Shown: one piece after another, positions 11,938-25,296 of the stretch
Numbering within the stretch: the first letter of the stretch is position 1
Layout of the letters: every line of letters begins with the position of its first letter
Source: Lingula anatina
Taxonomy: Eukaryota; Animalia; Brachiopoda
Direction of reading: 5' to 3'
NCBI GenBank assembly: GCA_051362555.1
Contig: CM120644.1
Location: 7,696,954 to 7,760,953, forward strand
Length of the DNA: 64,000 nt
Program-made: the position numbers and the translations under genes
Notes under the pieces: model-generated
Databases searched by the model: none
Seen by the model: only the letters and a program-made list of their open reading frames with translations
What the model was told of the DNA's origin: nothing

Positions 11938-14900
11938 TTTCGTTAGATCGCTAGTGAAAGAATTAATTGTCATCGGTGCTATACACATTGCTCAAAGAAG
12001 TGAGGATCTTTTTGTTAATTACATGTACAGTAGGCCTAAAACGTCGGTTTTCCTTGAATTTTGTACTCGTGTTCTCGTAATTGTTAGTTAGAGACATATG
12101 AATTATATACGGGTAACGTCAAATTTGTTTCAGTTGTATACGGATTATTATTTTTCTCATAGTTTTTCTGAGCGCCTGCCAATTGCTCTGATATGACCAA
12201 AATAGATAGGTGCTACACGCTATATATAAGAAAACATTTTACAAAGTGGACATCTTTCATGAAAATGCCCGACAAACAAAATACCCCAGATCAAAAGAAA
12301 AAAGAAAGAAGTTAATTCTATTAAAAAGGAAATTGCATCATATGCATATTTTATGCTATTCTAGCAAAAGTCTTGGTAAACCATCAAGTCATACCTTATC
12401 CACACGTGTCTGTAAATTGTGCCAAGAAAATGTTGTGAGGGATATTACGTTTTAGTAAGTATACGATGCATACATATATTAGCGGTAGCTTCAATCGCAA
12501 ATCACTATCTCCATCTCTATGTGTACATGTACAGGATATATAACGTTGGAGTACAGTGATCAGCACAAAAAAACTGGATAGAGACAGATAGTGAAAGTAA
12601 AAACAGAGAGTTGATATTCTATTTCCTTCGTTCTTTCTTTCTTTATTCATTTATTTTATTCGGCAAAATTAAAAACTATTTATTAGGTCATTTTTTCTAG
12701 TTTTCTAAAACCTGTTACTTGTATGTTTGGCTGTATTAGCTCACAATATACTCGCAAAATAAAATTGATATCATTTTCATGGCACATCACTTTATAGAAC
12801 ATCATGAAGACTAACCATTTTGCTGACCTTAGGTTTGATGTCAAATGTGAAATGTGATATTTTCGATAAGAAAACTATTAGTAAATGTTCAGTCCTTTCT
12901 AATGGAAAAATGCATAAGGTCTCGTTACCATTAGCTCTTTTGGTCTTTGGAGCACGTTTACTTTTTATTTCTACAATTCTATGCGGCATTAAACTATTTT
13001 ACATCTACTGGGTAATTCATTTGTGTTGGTGTAAAAAATCGTCTTTTCTGTTGTTAGTCTGTTATTATTATTATAATAATAATAATTATTATTATTATTT
13101 TGGAGACAACCAATCTGTTGCCGCAATTCAACTCGATGCATATTCCAGTTTGCCCGGTCACATCCATTATAACTCATAGTCAAGATTGTATAGTTGAATC
13201 CAAAAGGTAATTTATTCAAGAATTGTATACAAACTGTTGAGCAATTAATAAATACCATCAGTTGTACGTGTTTCGCCTTTAGTCAACAAGAGACGCTTCA
13301 TAAATATGGAATGCCGCAAATTTCAGTTAACACAATGTTGTGATATTCATAATGACAATTGACGGGTGACATTGTTTGTATGTCATCTAAGAACATACAA
13401 TATATGACATTAGTCCGGACTAAATCTGCCACGGGCGCCGTATGATGGTACGATTTAATAAATTGTCAAGCGTTTTGGCATGACAAAATCTAGAGATTTC
13501 GTACAATTTCGCAAGGCAACAAGCCAGTCTCCGCAGAGACGCCGCACAAAAAGGGATTCGCAGGCAGTGTAGGAGCGCCGTACGGACATCGCGTGGCAAA
13601 TGTAATCTAGTCTTTTGGTGGGTTTGCTATGCACCCCACATGCGGCGGGAAACACCTTGTGACAAATATGATATAAAAAGTAAAATGGGCATGTAATTAT
13701 CTTATCCGATGGAAGTTTTGTCAATTTCATATCAAATATAATTCTATGAAAAATAATTAAATCGTGTGATTTCCATTCATGATCAGGTACATATTGTATA
13801 TGACAATACTTGATATAATAACATGACTTAGAATCCTCTGCACCCTAAGCGCTACCATCACAACCCAATATATATACATGTTCAAAATAAAATCACATTA
13901 TATAATTATGATCTTAATCAGATTACCTTTCCTTAACACGATTTACTTGTGACTAGATATCTCATCCTTTGTCGCCAAATTCCTAATTGTGACATTACGA
14001 CTTTAAAAGGTTTACAAAAATAAGTTCATGTCTTATCCATACTTAGTTTATAGCTAAATTTACATTGCAATTAAATGGTCGCGTCTTTTACCTCAGAGCA
14101 TGGGAAAAATAATCTCCATTTCAATTTGCATGATGGTGTTAATAACAGAGACATTGAAACGCAGGAAAAGAAACATATCACATGGAGAGGAGAGTAAATA
14201 TGAGGAAGTTTTAAGACTCCTACCACACGTCGGTAAAGTTGCTCTATATCCAATTATAAATTGGGGGCAGATGAACATGGAAATGTGCAGCTGGTGCTTG
14301 ACATGAATCACGATGGACATGGGAAGTGCAATAAATGAAACGATCGTGTCACTGAAAATATCTACTGAAGAATCTCTTGAAGAGGGAATGAGGTCAGCAT
14401 TTAAAATCTTGTAATGTTTGTTGAACTATGACCTATGAACTATGACCTTTGAACTATGATCTTAACGTAAATGCTACAAAATAATTATAGTGCCTTAGAT
14501 GCTATAATACTGCACTTTACCTGTCGTATCACAGAGCGCTTCGAAGTAATCTTGACAAAATGTGTTTAAACGAATTTACTAAAGTCTGATTTTTTGGACC
14601 TTCTATTTCATGATGCATCCATCGAAATTGGACGCTAGTCATCTCTTCACAGCATCACAATTTTCACAGTCTACCTGATTCACACGGAAAAATGAAATAT
14701 CTGTATCGTAGCTTAACCGGAGACCCTTTCGTTATCATGCCAACCGCCGACGTCATATATGGAAGGCAACAGTATTAATACATGAACCGTCAAAAAATGT
14801 TGAGGCCTATGACGATTACAAGCAAACTTTAACTACGTGGAAAGAAAAGCTGAGGTCCGAACACAATGATAAGTCCTAATTCTCAAATGAAAACCATCCG

Positions 14901-15727
14901 AGATAGCCCTACGTCGTGAGACTTAGCGCAAAATCGAACAAGATAGCGCGAGATTTGGAGGGGGTGGGGTCAGAAATAATGGCACCCGAGCTAGTATTGC
15001 GCAACCGCGAATAAAAACTGACAAAATTTACCAAGGGATATTTTTCTATTCGTTATCTCTTGAAGCCTGTGAATTATGCACAACAGTACGTATTCATTAT
15101 AAGAAGCATATTGTTTCTGTAATGCTTTTTGACGACTAAATTCCCAGCCCATAGTTTCAACATTACTGCCTATAAGGTTAGCCCCGCTTCACGCCGATTC
15201 TGACACGTTTACAGGTCTCGTATGATACACACAGCACCGACCGCCTCGTTTTGGCTTTTGGGCTTTTTTTTTTCGGATAGTTTCCATTAAAACGGGTTTC
15301 TTTATCATGTAAAATAACTTATTCTTTGTAGCTGCAGATCTTCCGCGAACTGGTATGACGGGCCTCCTCAAACCTGACATGTGTGGGTTACATCATACTA
15401 AAATCAGTATTAGGTAAAATCTGCAGCTACGTCGTTTTTTAACTATCGTGTTTTAATATTGCTATAGGAGCACCATATTTGACTTGCTTTGTACACAAAA
15501 CTATATACAAACACTTCTTTGAGTGTTATTGTGTACAACAGCAATGGTCGTTAAAGCTGTTTAAAACTGCTTACCTCAAGCAACATCAGTGATTTAGTGC
15601 CATTCTTAATACTATTACTTTTCTATACTTGTAAATGCAGTTTTTTTACATTTGCATATTTTACAAATATGTCCCTTGAAAATAAGACCAAGTCAACACT
15701 GAGGTTTTCAAACTATCTGCCTGTGCG

Positions 15728-18700
15728 TTACTTTCGTTTGGCGATGAGCTTCTCTATCTTGTTAATAATATCATTGACAGTGGGTCTTTCCTCTTCTTTC
15801 CTAGCAACGCACGTGATGCAAGTCTTCATGAGGTTGACGTCACGTATTGTGGTTGCTATGTGATGTATAGTGTATCCAAGGCTGTACACGTCAGAAGCAG
15901 TTGACGTAACGTAGCCGTCGTGCGCTTCGGGAGCTAGATGGGGGATCGAGAGACGCTCCGCTTCACTGGAGACTGCGTATTCAAATCCTCTTTTGTATGA
16001 AGCTAAACCCAGATCAATGTATTTAAGTTCAAAATCCTCATCGTCTTTTAATACGATAAGAATATTGCTGGCCTTAAAATCGTTAAAGAGGACATCTCTG
16101 GAGTGAACTGCTTTCATTGTCTTTGCCATGTGCAAGCATATTTCCCGCCACGTTTTCTTCAATTCGGCGCTGATCGGCTGTTTTCTGTCAATCTTACTAA
16201 TGGCATCCCAAAGCGTAAATCCGTCGGCGAAGTTCTCCTGTACAAGCCCCCACTCAAGCTGCGACCCGTCCGTGACGTTGGTGCGCACCATGCCAAACAT
16301 CTTGAGAAACATCCCAGTGCCCCTGAGAACATTCGAGATTCTGATCTCGTGCACTTGCTGTTTATACTTCGGTGGCGTCATGATCTTCACGGCAACACTT
16401 CTCTTCTTACCTTTAGTGATGTAATTTGCGCGATATACAACTGCGTGCGTTGAGTCACCTAATTTCACGGTCCTGTTCTGGTCGCGTTCAAACGAGATCT
16501 CGGAGCGTGGGATTCTCTTGATTACCGCCGCCATGTAAGGATCTCCATCGTCTGTTACATCAGCTTTAGTGTCATAGAAAGGAGGCTCAGGTAAGTTAGG
16601 AGACGCAGGGAATATATCCCCAGTCTTTTTAACCATGGACAGCAATACCTGGTAAAAATAAACCACATAATTTGTTAACATGTAATGCATTTAACGACTT
16701 GTTACTGCTTGAAGACAGAAGTGGGTGCGCCGCAAGAAAACGCAGTATATACTCCAGTGCAGTAGACTACTGCAATCATACTGCAAACATGCCTCAAAGC
16801 TGCTTCGAGTAGGGAGCTCATTAGCATATTTGAAACATGCTTTTATCATGCTGCTAATCTACTGCATTAATGCTCCTCCTCTGTACAACCCTATGTAAAT
16901 ATTGAAGTAGAATTGCAGTAGGCTATACTGCATTTCTACTGCAAATATGCTCCACACCACTACTGCGTTAATGCTTCTTTGCTACTTCGATACTACTGCA
17001 TTTTCGTGCGCGCGCGAATTCTTTTAGTTTTTAACATAACAATCAACGCAGATTATACATACATGTACAGTAGGATCGAGATATCATCACAAATTATCTG
17101 AACATATTGCAACTTTTTAAAATGCAAAGGGTAACCAGGACCCGCCTAGCTATGAAAACTGGACATTCACACATAGATCTGCTGTAAACCTTATCACTTT
17201 ACCTTTAGCTGATCAATCACGTAATCCATGCTAGGCCTGTCTTCTGGGGCCGATTCCATACATTCCTCAGCCAAATCCTTCAGCACGAATAACTGAGCGT
17301 AGTCGTAGACCTCATACAAGGCATAGCCTAGGGAGAACACGTCAGACGCCACTGTGGTCTCCACTCCATCGTGTGCCTCGGGGGAAAGGTATTTCATGGA
17401 TTCCCTCTCCTCGTCAGTAGACTCTGCGTATTCAAACCCCTGCTTGTAGGAGGTGTGTCCAACATCCACCAGAACGGGGTTCCCGTAATGGTCCTTGCCA
17501 AGCCTCTGGATGAGAATATTGTCCGTCTTGAAGTCATTAAATATAACGTCTTTGTCGTGGAACGCCTTGAGTCCTTCCGCCATCTTGAGGCAGATTGCAA
17601 GCCAGCTTTGGGCGTCGAAGTAGACCTTTTTGTATAGGAGATCCCACATGGTGAGCCCGTTCCCATAGTACTCCTGCACCAGGCCCCACTGGACTTTTTC
17701 CTTTACTGTCACTTTTGCCATGCCGTAAGTGACCGGGAACAAGTCGCTCCGGTTTATGTACTCATACATTCTTAATTCGTGAATAATTTGCTTTACACGG
17801 GGCTTTTTGAGGACTTTAACAACCACGCGCTTCTTGTCTCCGCCATCGGACGCTTTGAGATGAGCCAGATAGACGTAAGCGAATGTCCCCTTACCGACCT
17901 CCACGGGCCTTCCCCGCGTGTTCAAGATGATGGTGACGTCATTGCTGGGAATACGTGTCACGGGGGTGGTCACAAATGTGTCGTTGGTGTTGAATAATGA
18001 AGAGGAAACCTGTTCAAAACAAAATGTTGGTCAATGAATTTTGCAATTTCATTATCACTGCTGTGTTAACGTTTCTTTGATATCAGACAACTGCATGTAC
18101 TTCAAATAACGTTATGGTTCCGTGAAGGTACTTACATTTTGTATGGATTCGATAAATTACAGAAATAGACTCTATTGAAAACAATTGCACCACTACATCC
18201 ACCTATGGGAAACTTAATTGTTATCACAATCTGACAGGTAAGGCAGCACGTTTGTTTTACCTTACTTCTTGGCACGTTAGTCTCTGGCAGTGCCGGCGTT
18301 CTGGGGAACATCAGCGACGTCTCGCGGTCTAGCTCTTGTCCTATGCGCTTAAGACTGTTAATGATGTACTGGATGCTGGGTCTCTCCTGGGGGTCCTCCA
18401 CCAAACACTCTTTGCCCAGGGGGAGCAGCTTGACCAGGTCCGTCATGTCCCCAACTTCATAGATGAAGAAACCCAGACTAAAATGGATTGATCAATGGTT
18501 ATTCCAGTTAGTTAGTTCGTGGGCTTTCAAGCTTTAAACGAGTGTGAAAAGCGTGAGGGCCCCCTAGTTACAAAAGCATAGCATAGCTGCTTTCCAAAAA
18601 CTAAAAAACAAAAAAGCTACAGTTTACTTGTGCTCGTGGAAAGAGGGTTGTAAAACCCCGCACGTGCCCCAACCCACCTACCTGATACGTATTGACCTGT

Positions 18701-21700
18701 TATAAACTTGGTGGTTTTCATCCCATGTATTTACAATTTTTCAGCGTAATTATTTTATCTGCGAAGACAATCATTCATCTCATATTAAAACCATTTCCTT
18801 TGACTACTTTATAGTATCAAAATGACGGTCCGTTACCTTGTATTACTTTCAATCAATTTACAATCAACTTTATATGTACCTAAATATATCAGATGCCACC
18901 GTGGTCTTCTCTCCGTCGTGGGCCTCTGGGGCAATAAAATCCATCTCTTTCCGCTCCTCTACGGTCGACTTGGCGAAAGCATGTCCAGTGCGATACGACG
19001 AACAGCCAACGTCAATAAGCTTCATTCTGTACCGTCCGTCCTCCTTGGCAAGTAGCATATTGTTGGACTTGAAGTCGTTGAACAGAACGTGTCTCTCGTG
19101 CAGCTTCTGCATTCCCTCTGCGGCCTGAAAGATGGAGGAATGAGAATGCGTTTGATCTCAACCAGGCACAACTATCGCAATGGGCTTGTGGTTGTTCATT
19201 ATCACATTCTCATCAAACAAATGTGAAAAAAGGTTGAAACGAGTCCGTCAAGTTGAATTAGATTTGGGACCAAAGTTGATGCACCAATGATTAATTGTAT
19301 TACCAGTGATAAATTACATAATTCCTTTAGCGTGAGAACAAACATTTAAATTTCTAACAAAAGACCTTGCTCATCTAAGGCGATTTATTACACCCTTAGG
19401 TCCAAAAATTTAACGACCACTCCCATTCCCTCCATACTGCCTCCCAGGGCCGCACTTCCTTTTGTGAACCCCCAACCCATAAAAGTGTTTCCACTCACGT
19501 CTAGGCAGAGCTGCAGCCAGTTGTGAGGGCTTATAACATCATAAGTGTTGCCACGACTGTGGAGGAAATCCCAAGCCGTCTCTCCATCCGCATAGTACTC
19601 CTGCAATACAGAAATTACATATCTGAATGAGTGTAGGAATTCGACTGTGGCCAAATGATATGACAGGAGTTGAGAAAAGGCCATAGCTTAGCGCCTAAGG
19701 GAAACATCGAAATTGCGCCCCTGTCTAAACATTTGACATCAATTATCTAAGATAACTTTGCAATTTATCAAACTTCATCAGATATCAGTACTTGGAATGT
19801 GGCACCGATGGCACTTGCCCCAAAACGCCATTCTCTAGGTATGCCACTTACAATAACTGTCCGTGTATTTAAATGTCAGTACAGAGAAAAAAGAATTTGG
19901 GATAGATTCACTCTTACACTTTTACCAAAATGCCACAATTATGATTTATGAAATGTAAGATTAAAAAAAAAATGACCGCCTAACTCCGAAAATCGAATCG
20001 ATAGCCCCTTTCTTCTAAAAATAAAAGACCTATTAATCGCATCCCCATCGTACTATCCCTGACTAATCCAACGTATCAAGGAGGTAATTACCCTCCCATT
20101 ACAATAATAACATCGCAACCTTGCTACTAAAACATTTATGGAAAACCTGATGCAATATAAGGGGCTTTTTGAACAACTGCTCTAATTCTCGGGTAATCTC
20201 TCTGCTGAGAGTAAGTGGCTGCAATTGTAAGTATTGTGCTGCCCTCTCTGCCTGTTGTATCTGCCTATGCCCCAGAACCAACATCTACATTGTTAACCGT
20301 CTTTGGGCTCGTTCCAAATGAAGCTATCGTTGTACGTACGCGTAGATCGACCAAGTGAGTTGCGTGGAATACACAAAAGCTGGTGATTATACGAGTACGC
20401 TGGAAACAAGAGAAGGCGTGTTAATCTATTAATTTGATTGCATTCAGCGAGAGTCCCAGCGGAGTTGGATCGATCTACGTAGAACGATAGCTTCATTGAG
20501 AATGAACCCTTTAAGTAGGCGTCCAACCCATACCTGTACCAGTGCCCAGGAGTTCGCTCCCCGAATATAATTTCTCGCAACTCCATACAGATCAGGAAAC
20601 AGACCCGTATCCTTAAGGTACTCCAGCAACCTGGCTTCGTGAAATATCTGCATCGGTTTGTATTCCAAAAGAACTTTAACCGCGGCGTCCTTCTTTTGGT
20701 CGCCTATCGCAACTTTTGCCAGGTAAACGTGAGCAAATGTCCCCGAGCCAATGGCTACTGGTTTTCTTTTGTAGTCCTTGACGTAAGTTATGTTTGTGTA
20801 AGGTAACCTAGTAATGGCGGCGTTGACGTAAGGGTCATCCTTAGACAGCGGCTTCGCTTTTGTCTTGTAAAGTTCTATGGTCGGTAACATAGGGGTTTTC
20901 TTCATATCCCTATACCGCGGCGACTCCTCGGATCCTTCACCGTCATCGTAGAAGAAATCGTCAGGGTTTTCCATGGGGTCGTTTATAGCCGGCAATTCAC
21001 TGTCTTCTCCTTCGTTGTTGTCATCTTCTTCTTCACCCGCATCGAAAGAGTCATTTGTCTCATCAAAATCATCATCGAGGTCTTCACTAAAATGTGACCT
21101 GGATATCAGAAAGGGATCGCTGTCGTCTGCTTTGTTGTCGTGCGCATGCGTATATATACCGGAAGCTGTGGCGTTTCCGTCCGTTACAGGTGTCCCTTGG
21201 CTCCAATTGGACGAGGTAGAGCGTTTGGAGAGGTGCTGGTACTTAAAGAGTGGGTAGACGTTTGGACAGAATTGCGCATTTTCAATGAAATCTGAAAAAA
21301 AAAAAAAAAAAAAAACACAGATGAAAAGCAAAGACAAGAGGAATAATTGCGCGATCTGAAAATTTCTTGAAATTATTGTTTTATAGTAATTTACACCCGT
21401 AAGTTACGCCATCATTAAATGTGTGATATGACCTTTGATTCGGTGAGATCAGTTCATGTCTGCAGCAAATTTCGTGGTTTTACGTTTTATTCTGTAGAAA
21501 AGTCCACACATCAGCGCCTTCATAAAACGATAACCGGAAAAACTACATCTCGCTAATATAAATAGAGCATACAGAATAAGACTGGTGTGATAATAATTTC
21601 CAATTATTCGCAGTCGTCATCATGTCTCATGAGAATATCAATTTAATTATCGATCAAAGTCCCGCGACGCAGTTCTGTTATCAAAAGAATTTTTTATTGA

Positions 21701-23009
21701 CGAAAACACAATTTATCCATTCAGATTCGGCGTTGTATTCAATTAAGGTGATACGCAACACTGTATCTTAATTACTCAGAAGGACTTTTATCAGTCACGT
21801 AGAATGAATTCCCTAAATTCACTGAAATAAAAGCCTGGACTGCAGCCACTCGCGCGTCAAAGTCGTTTGCACATTTGACACTGTTTATTAATTTTTATTT
21901 GTTTTTATTGGGTTTGTTTTGTTTTGTATACATAGTCCTACAATTCAATAATTTAGTGCATCCATTGTTTATATATTAGCATTATTTCGTTCCAAGATAG
22001 TGGACAAACAAAGTCCATATTTGGATTCAATATTTTGTAGAATTTCACGGTTAAAACCTTAAACTGATGTTCGCAATTAATATTCTGTCAATTTAAGAAA
22101 AGAAGGCATCTTAACATAAATGGTTTTTTAGCGTTCATTTTCAATATAAACATTACAGATACAAGTATCTGTATGTCAATACAGCGGTGATTCTCATGTG
22201 TTAATAATATAATGCCCACTATAGATTCCTGTTCATCTGATAATAAATGTACTTGTCATACATTTATACAGTACCTAATCGCACGGGTATTAGTCACTCT
22301 GTCTTTTCATCTACCGAGTTCTTTTGTTCTACTTCTAAATTTTGCTCTAGTTCTTTTATTTGACGTCAGTCCTGCCCTACATGTTGTCTTTGGGGTTCAC
22401 CGCCGCCATGTTGGTTTGACCGTCTGTCTGCCTGTTTGTTCAAATCGATATTATGTGTGTGTGTGTGTGTGTGTGTGCGTGTGTGTGTGTGTGCGCGCGC
22501 GAGTGTGTGTTCGTGATTTGATAGAACACGTGTGCTAACGTGTGTCTGCGTGTGCATTTGTGAACGAGATCACTACTTTTTTGCATGAAAGTGTTATGTA
22601 GGAATGTGTATTTGTACGCCATAGAGGACAGAATCATACCAATTAATTAAATAACTTTATTCACAAATAGAAAAAAACCATCGTGTAAATTTAAACCTTG
22701 ATACTTTTGACACATGGGATTTTACAAACGAATACCAATTGACAGCAATTACATAAAATAAAAGAAATAAAAATAAAATGAATGCGATCACGGACTTTTT
22801 TTGACAAAAGTGCGAGGATAATAAAAAACATAGGCAGAGAAGAACACTGGTTTTGTTTGGATCCTGTACATAAAGAACGCCACAAGGAAGAAAGGTCTCG
22901 TATCTCTTTGCCGTAATTTGTTTTACTTACCAAAATTATACCAGGAGTCCCACACCGCCCCTCCATGACAGCAGACGACAGCGGAGAACAGCAGCAAGAT
23001 CCATTCCAT
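15728..23009 (-). CDS. Signal-peptide-bearing protein with three tandem protein kinase domains (~1042 aa)
   Basis: Exons 23009-22931 (MEWILLLFSAVVCCHGGAVWDSWYNF), 21291-20534, 19600-19499, 19124-18880, 18477-18261, 18009-17203, 16648-15728 join in frame with canonical GT-AG sites (3129 nt). Each domain has the beta3 Lys (AAVK/VVVK/VAVK), alphaC Glu (HE), FNDFKxxN catalytic loop, D[VL]G, [AS]PE and SD[IV][FY]SLG. Confidence 0.88.
16731..17010. mobile_element. MITE-like element in kinase-gene intron
   Basis: Imperfect TIR CGCAAGAAAACGCAGTA / TACTGCATTTTCGTGCG with repeated internal TACTGCA/TGCAGTA motifs. Confidence 0.5.
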
Positions 23010-25296
23010 GGCTTTGCTTCTCGTCCTGCAATATGATCATATAATGATATTTTTTTTCACTTATCAGATAACCGTTATTTCCGTTTAAGAAATCAGTTGC
23101 CACAGGAAAAAACACTTCAATTTATGGACGGTGACAAACTCTCTCTTGGTGTAATGACGAGCATAATTCTGCTTGGTAAAGAGATGCAAAAAAAAAAAAA
23201 AAAAAGATAAGCAAATCAAAATTACTAAAATTCCGCCTCTGATAGTGGACGTTACAAAACCTCCTCAATCCTATCTCAGAATTTAAGATGATGGTTTCGA
23301 TACCGTCCGATAATACTAATAAAAGACAACAGTAAAAGTGCCGCAGAGCTAGCCCATAGAACGGCACTGTACAAAACCTATCAGAACCCCCGCTGTGCAA
23401 AATTTCCCACCGTTCATTAGAGAAAAAGATCGATAAAACTCAACGTGATCATCCCAGACCAAAATTTAAGCAGCTTGTCTGGCTATTAGTTCGTAATTGT
23501 CATTAGGCAGTTAAGGTAATCACTTTTGCGGCTTGGATACTGGAGCCTAACTGGTTTCGATAATGAATTCATATTTACCAGTTGGACTTCAGTCAAATAA
23601 GAAAGGAAATGATCAAAGAATCCCTATGTCTGCATACGCAAATGTATTTACTTCAACCAAATTAATAAACTGAGTTTTCTGTTATTTCTTGTGGAAAAAC
23701 TAGTACGTGTTACAGTAGGTCGAGCGTGCTAAAATCACTTGGCATCTCCAGGAGAGACATGAAAACAGCTAGTGGATAACTATGGAGAGAGAGAGAGGGG
23801 GGGTTATTTGCGGGTTCTTCTCCTTTTTCGAAATCAAACAATACCTTCTCTATTTCAAATGTGCTGCACATATATCGATAAGGTCTTCACTAGATCCGTT
23901 TTTAATACGCACACAAATGCACAAACACACACACACGCAGAGAGAAAGAGAGAGAGAGAACGAAAGAAATATAATTAGTGTCTAAGAGAAGCTTCTATCG
24001 GACGTCATGTCGGGAACAGATAAGTTGCAGCCAAAGTTGATGCCATTTGTTAACATTCTCGGAAACACAGCGGCCCACATACAGGAGGTTTACTGATAAT
24101 GGATATTGTATTCAATAAAATCACATGGTAAGCGTACACGCCAGAAGAGGAAAAATTATTAAGTTCAGGGGAATGGACTGTTTGCAAGCCATAGAAGAAA
24201 AATTAGTAGAATTGCAGCATACGAAGCGCGCGGTTGCGCATAGAAGACGGGAGGTATGTCAATGAAAAGAAATGTCATTTTAATTTTTAAGGCGTACAGT
24301 GTGTTATCTATGAGCACTTAACATCTTTGTATCTCTCTCCTGGTCGAACCTCGTGATATTTTGCAGGGTTGGCTTGGCAATAACTGCGGCATCCAATGTC
24401 AAAAATGAGCAAATCTGAGACGAAGCATACCATTTATATGCACCTTTGTATCAGCAAGCCATTTCATTGTTCAACACGGTCTCTCTCTCTCTCCCTCTCT
24501 CACGCACGCACAATTTAGGCCTACATTATCAAACAGATAGACAGCCTGCTAAGGAAATGTTAGGTACTAAGATAATAGAAGTTATTTTTTTATCCTGAAA
24601 CAATGGGCCATAGCAACAAAATTTACGAACAGTGAATGCACTTCGTCTGTGAAGAAAATTGAAAATGTACCCAAAATGAAATTTCCTATATGGCTCTCTC
24701 TATATAGAAATTAGATTCAAAGTTCAAATCACCATAGCAACAAAAATATCATGGGTACCTACCTTTTTATAATCTAGTGCCAACTATTTATGCAATAAAT
24801 GTAAGAAAAATCTATCAGGCGGTGATATCATAAGGACAATATCTTAAAATGAATTTTAAGCTTACAGCAAGGAAAGCAGGAGATTGTTAATCCTCCTCTC
24901 CTCCTACCTTATCGTAATATAGAAATCCTAACTGTTGTCTGGGCAGATCTCTAATCTCTAATTATGATGATTGTAGCTGGGCAGTGTGTTATAAAAGTTG
25001 CGGTATTTCGTAAGTGAGACACTACTAACTATGCGCTATATACAGTGTATGAGAAATTTATCTCGACCGAACACACGCCAACAACTGAGATAAAGCCACA
25101 CGCACGAATCTATTCCATCCACTTAAAATGGAAATAAAGGCAATGAAAAATGGCAAGGTGTGAACCAGTTTCACCTGAACCTTAAAAAATCTCAGGGCTG
25201 TCTTGTTGATAAGAGGTCATCCTTTAACCATAAACATTCTTAAAAATCAACCTTTTGCTTTCTTTTTTACATTTCATGTAACCTTAATGTACAATT

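Noticed and set aside
14100-14400. Purine-rich ORF MGKIISISIC...
   Set aside because: No recognisable motif and no consistent exon partners; possibly a decayed fragment.
23986-24253. Protein-like fragments (EKLLSDVMSGTDKLQPK..; MDCLQAIEEKLVELQHTKR) ending at a GTATGT donor
   Set aside because: Interrupted by stops and frame changes, and no family recognised.
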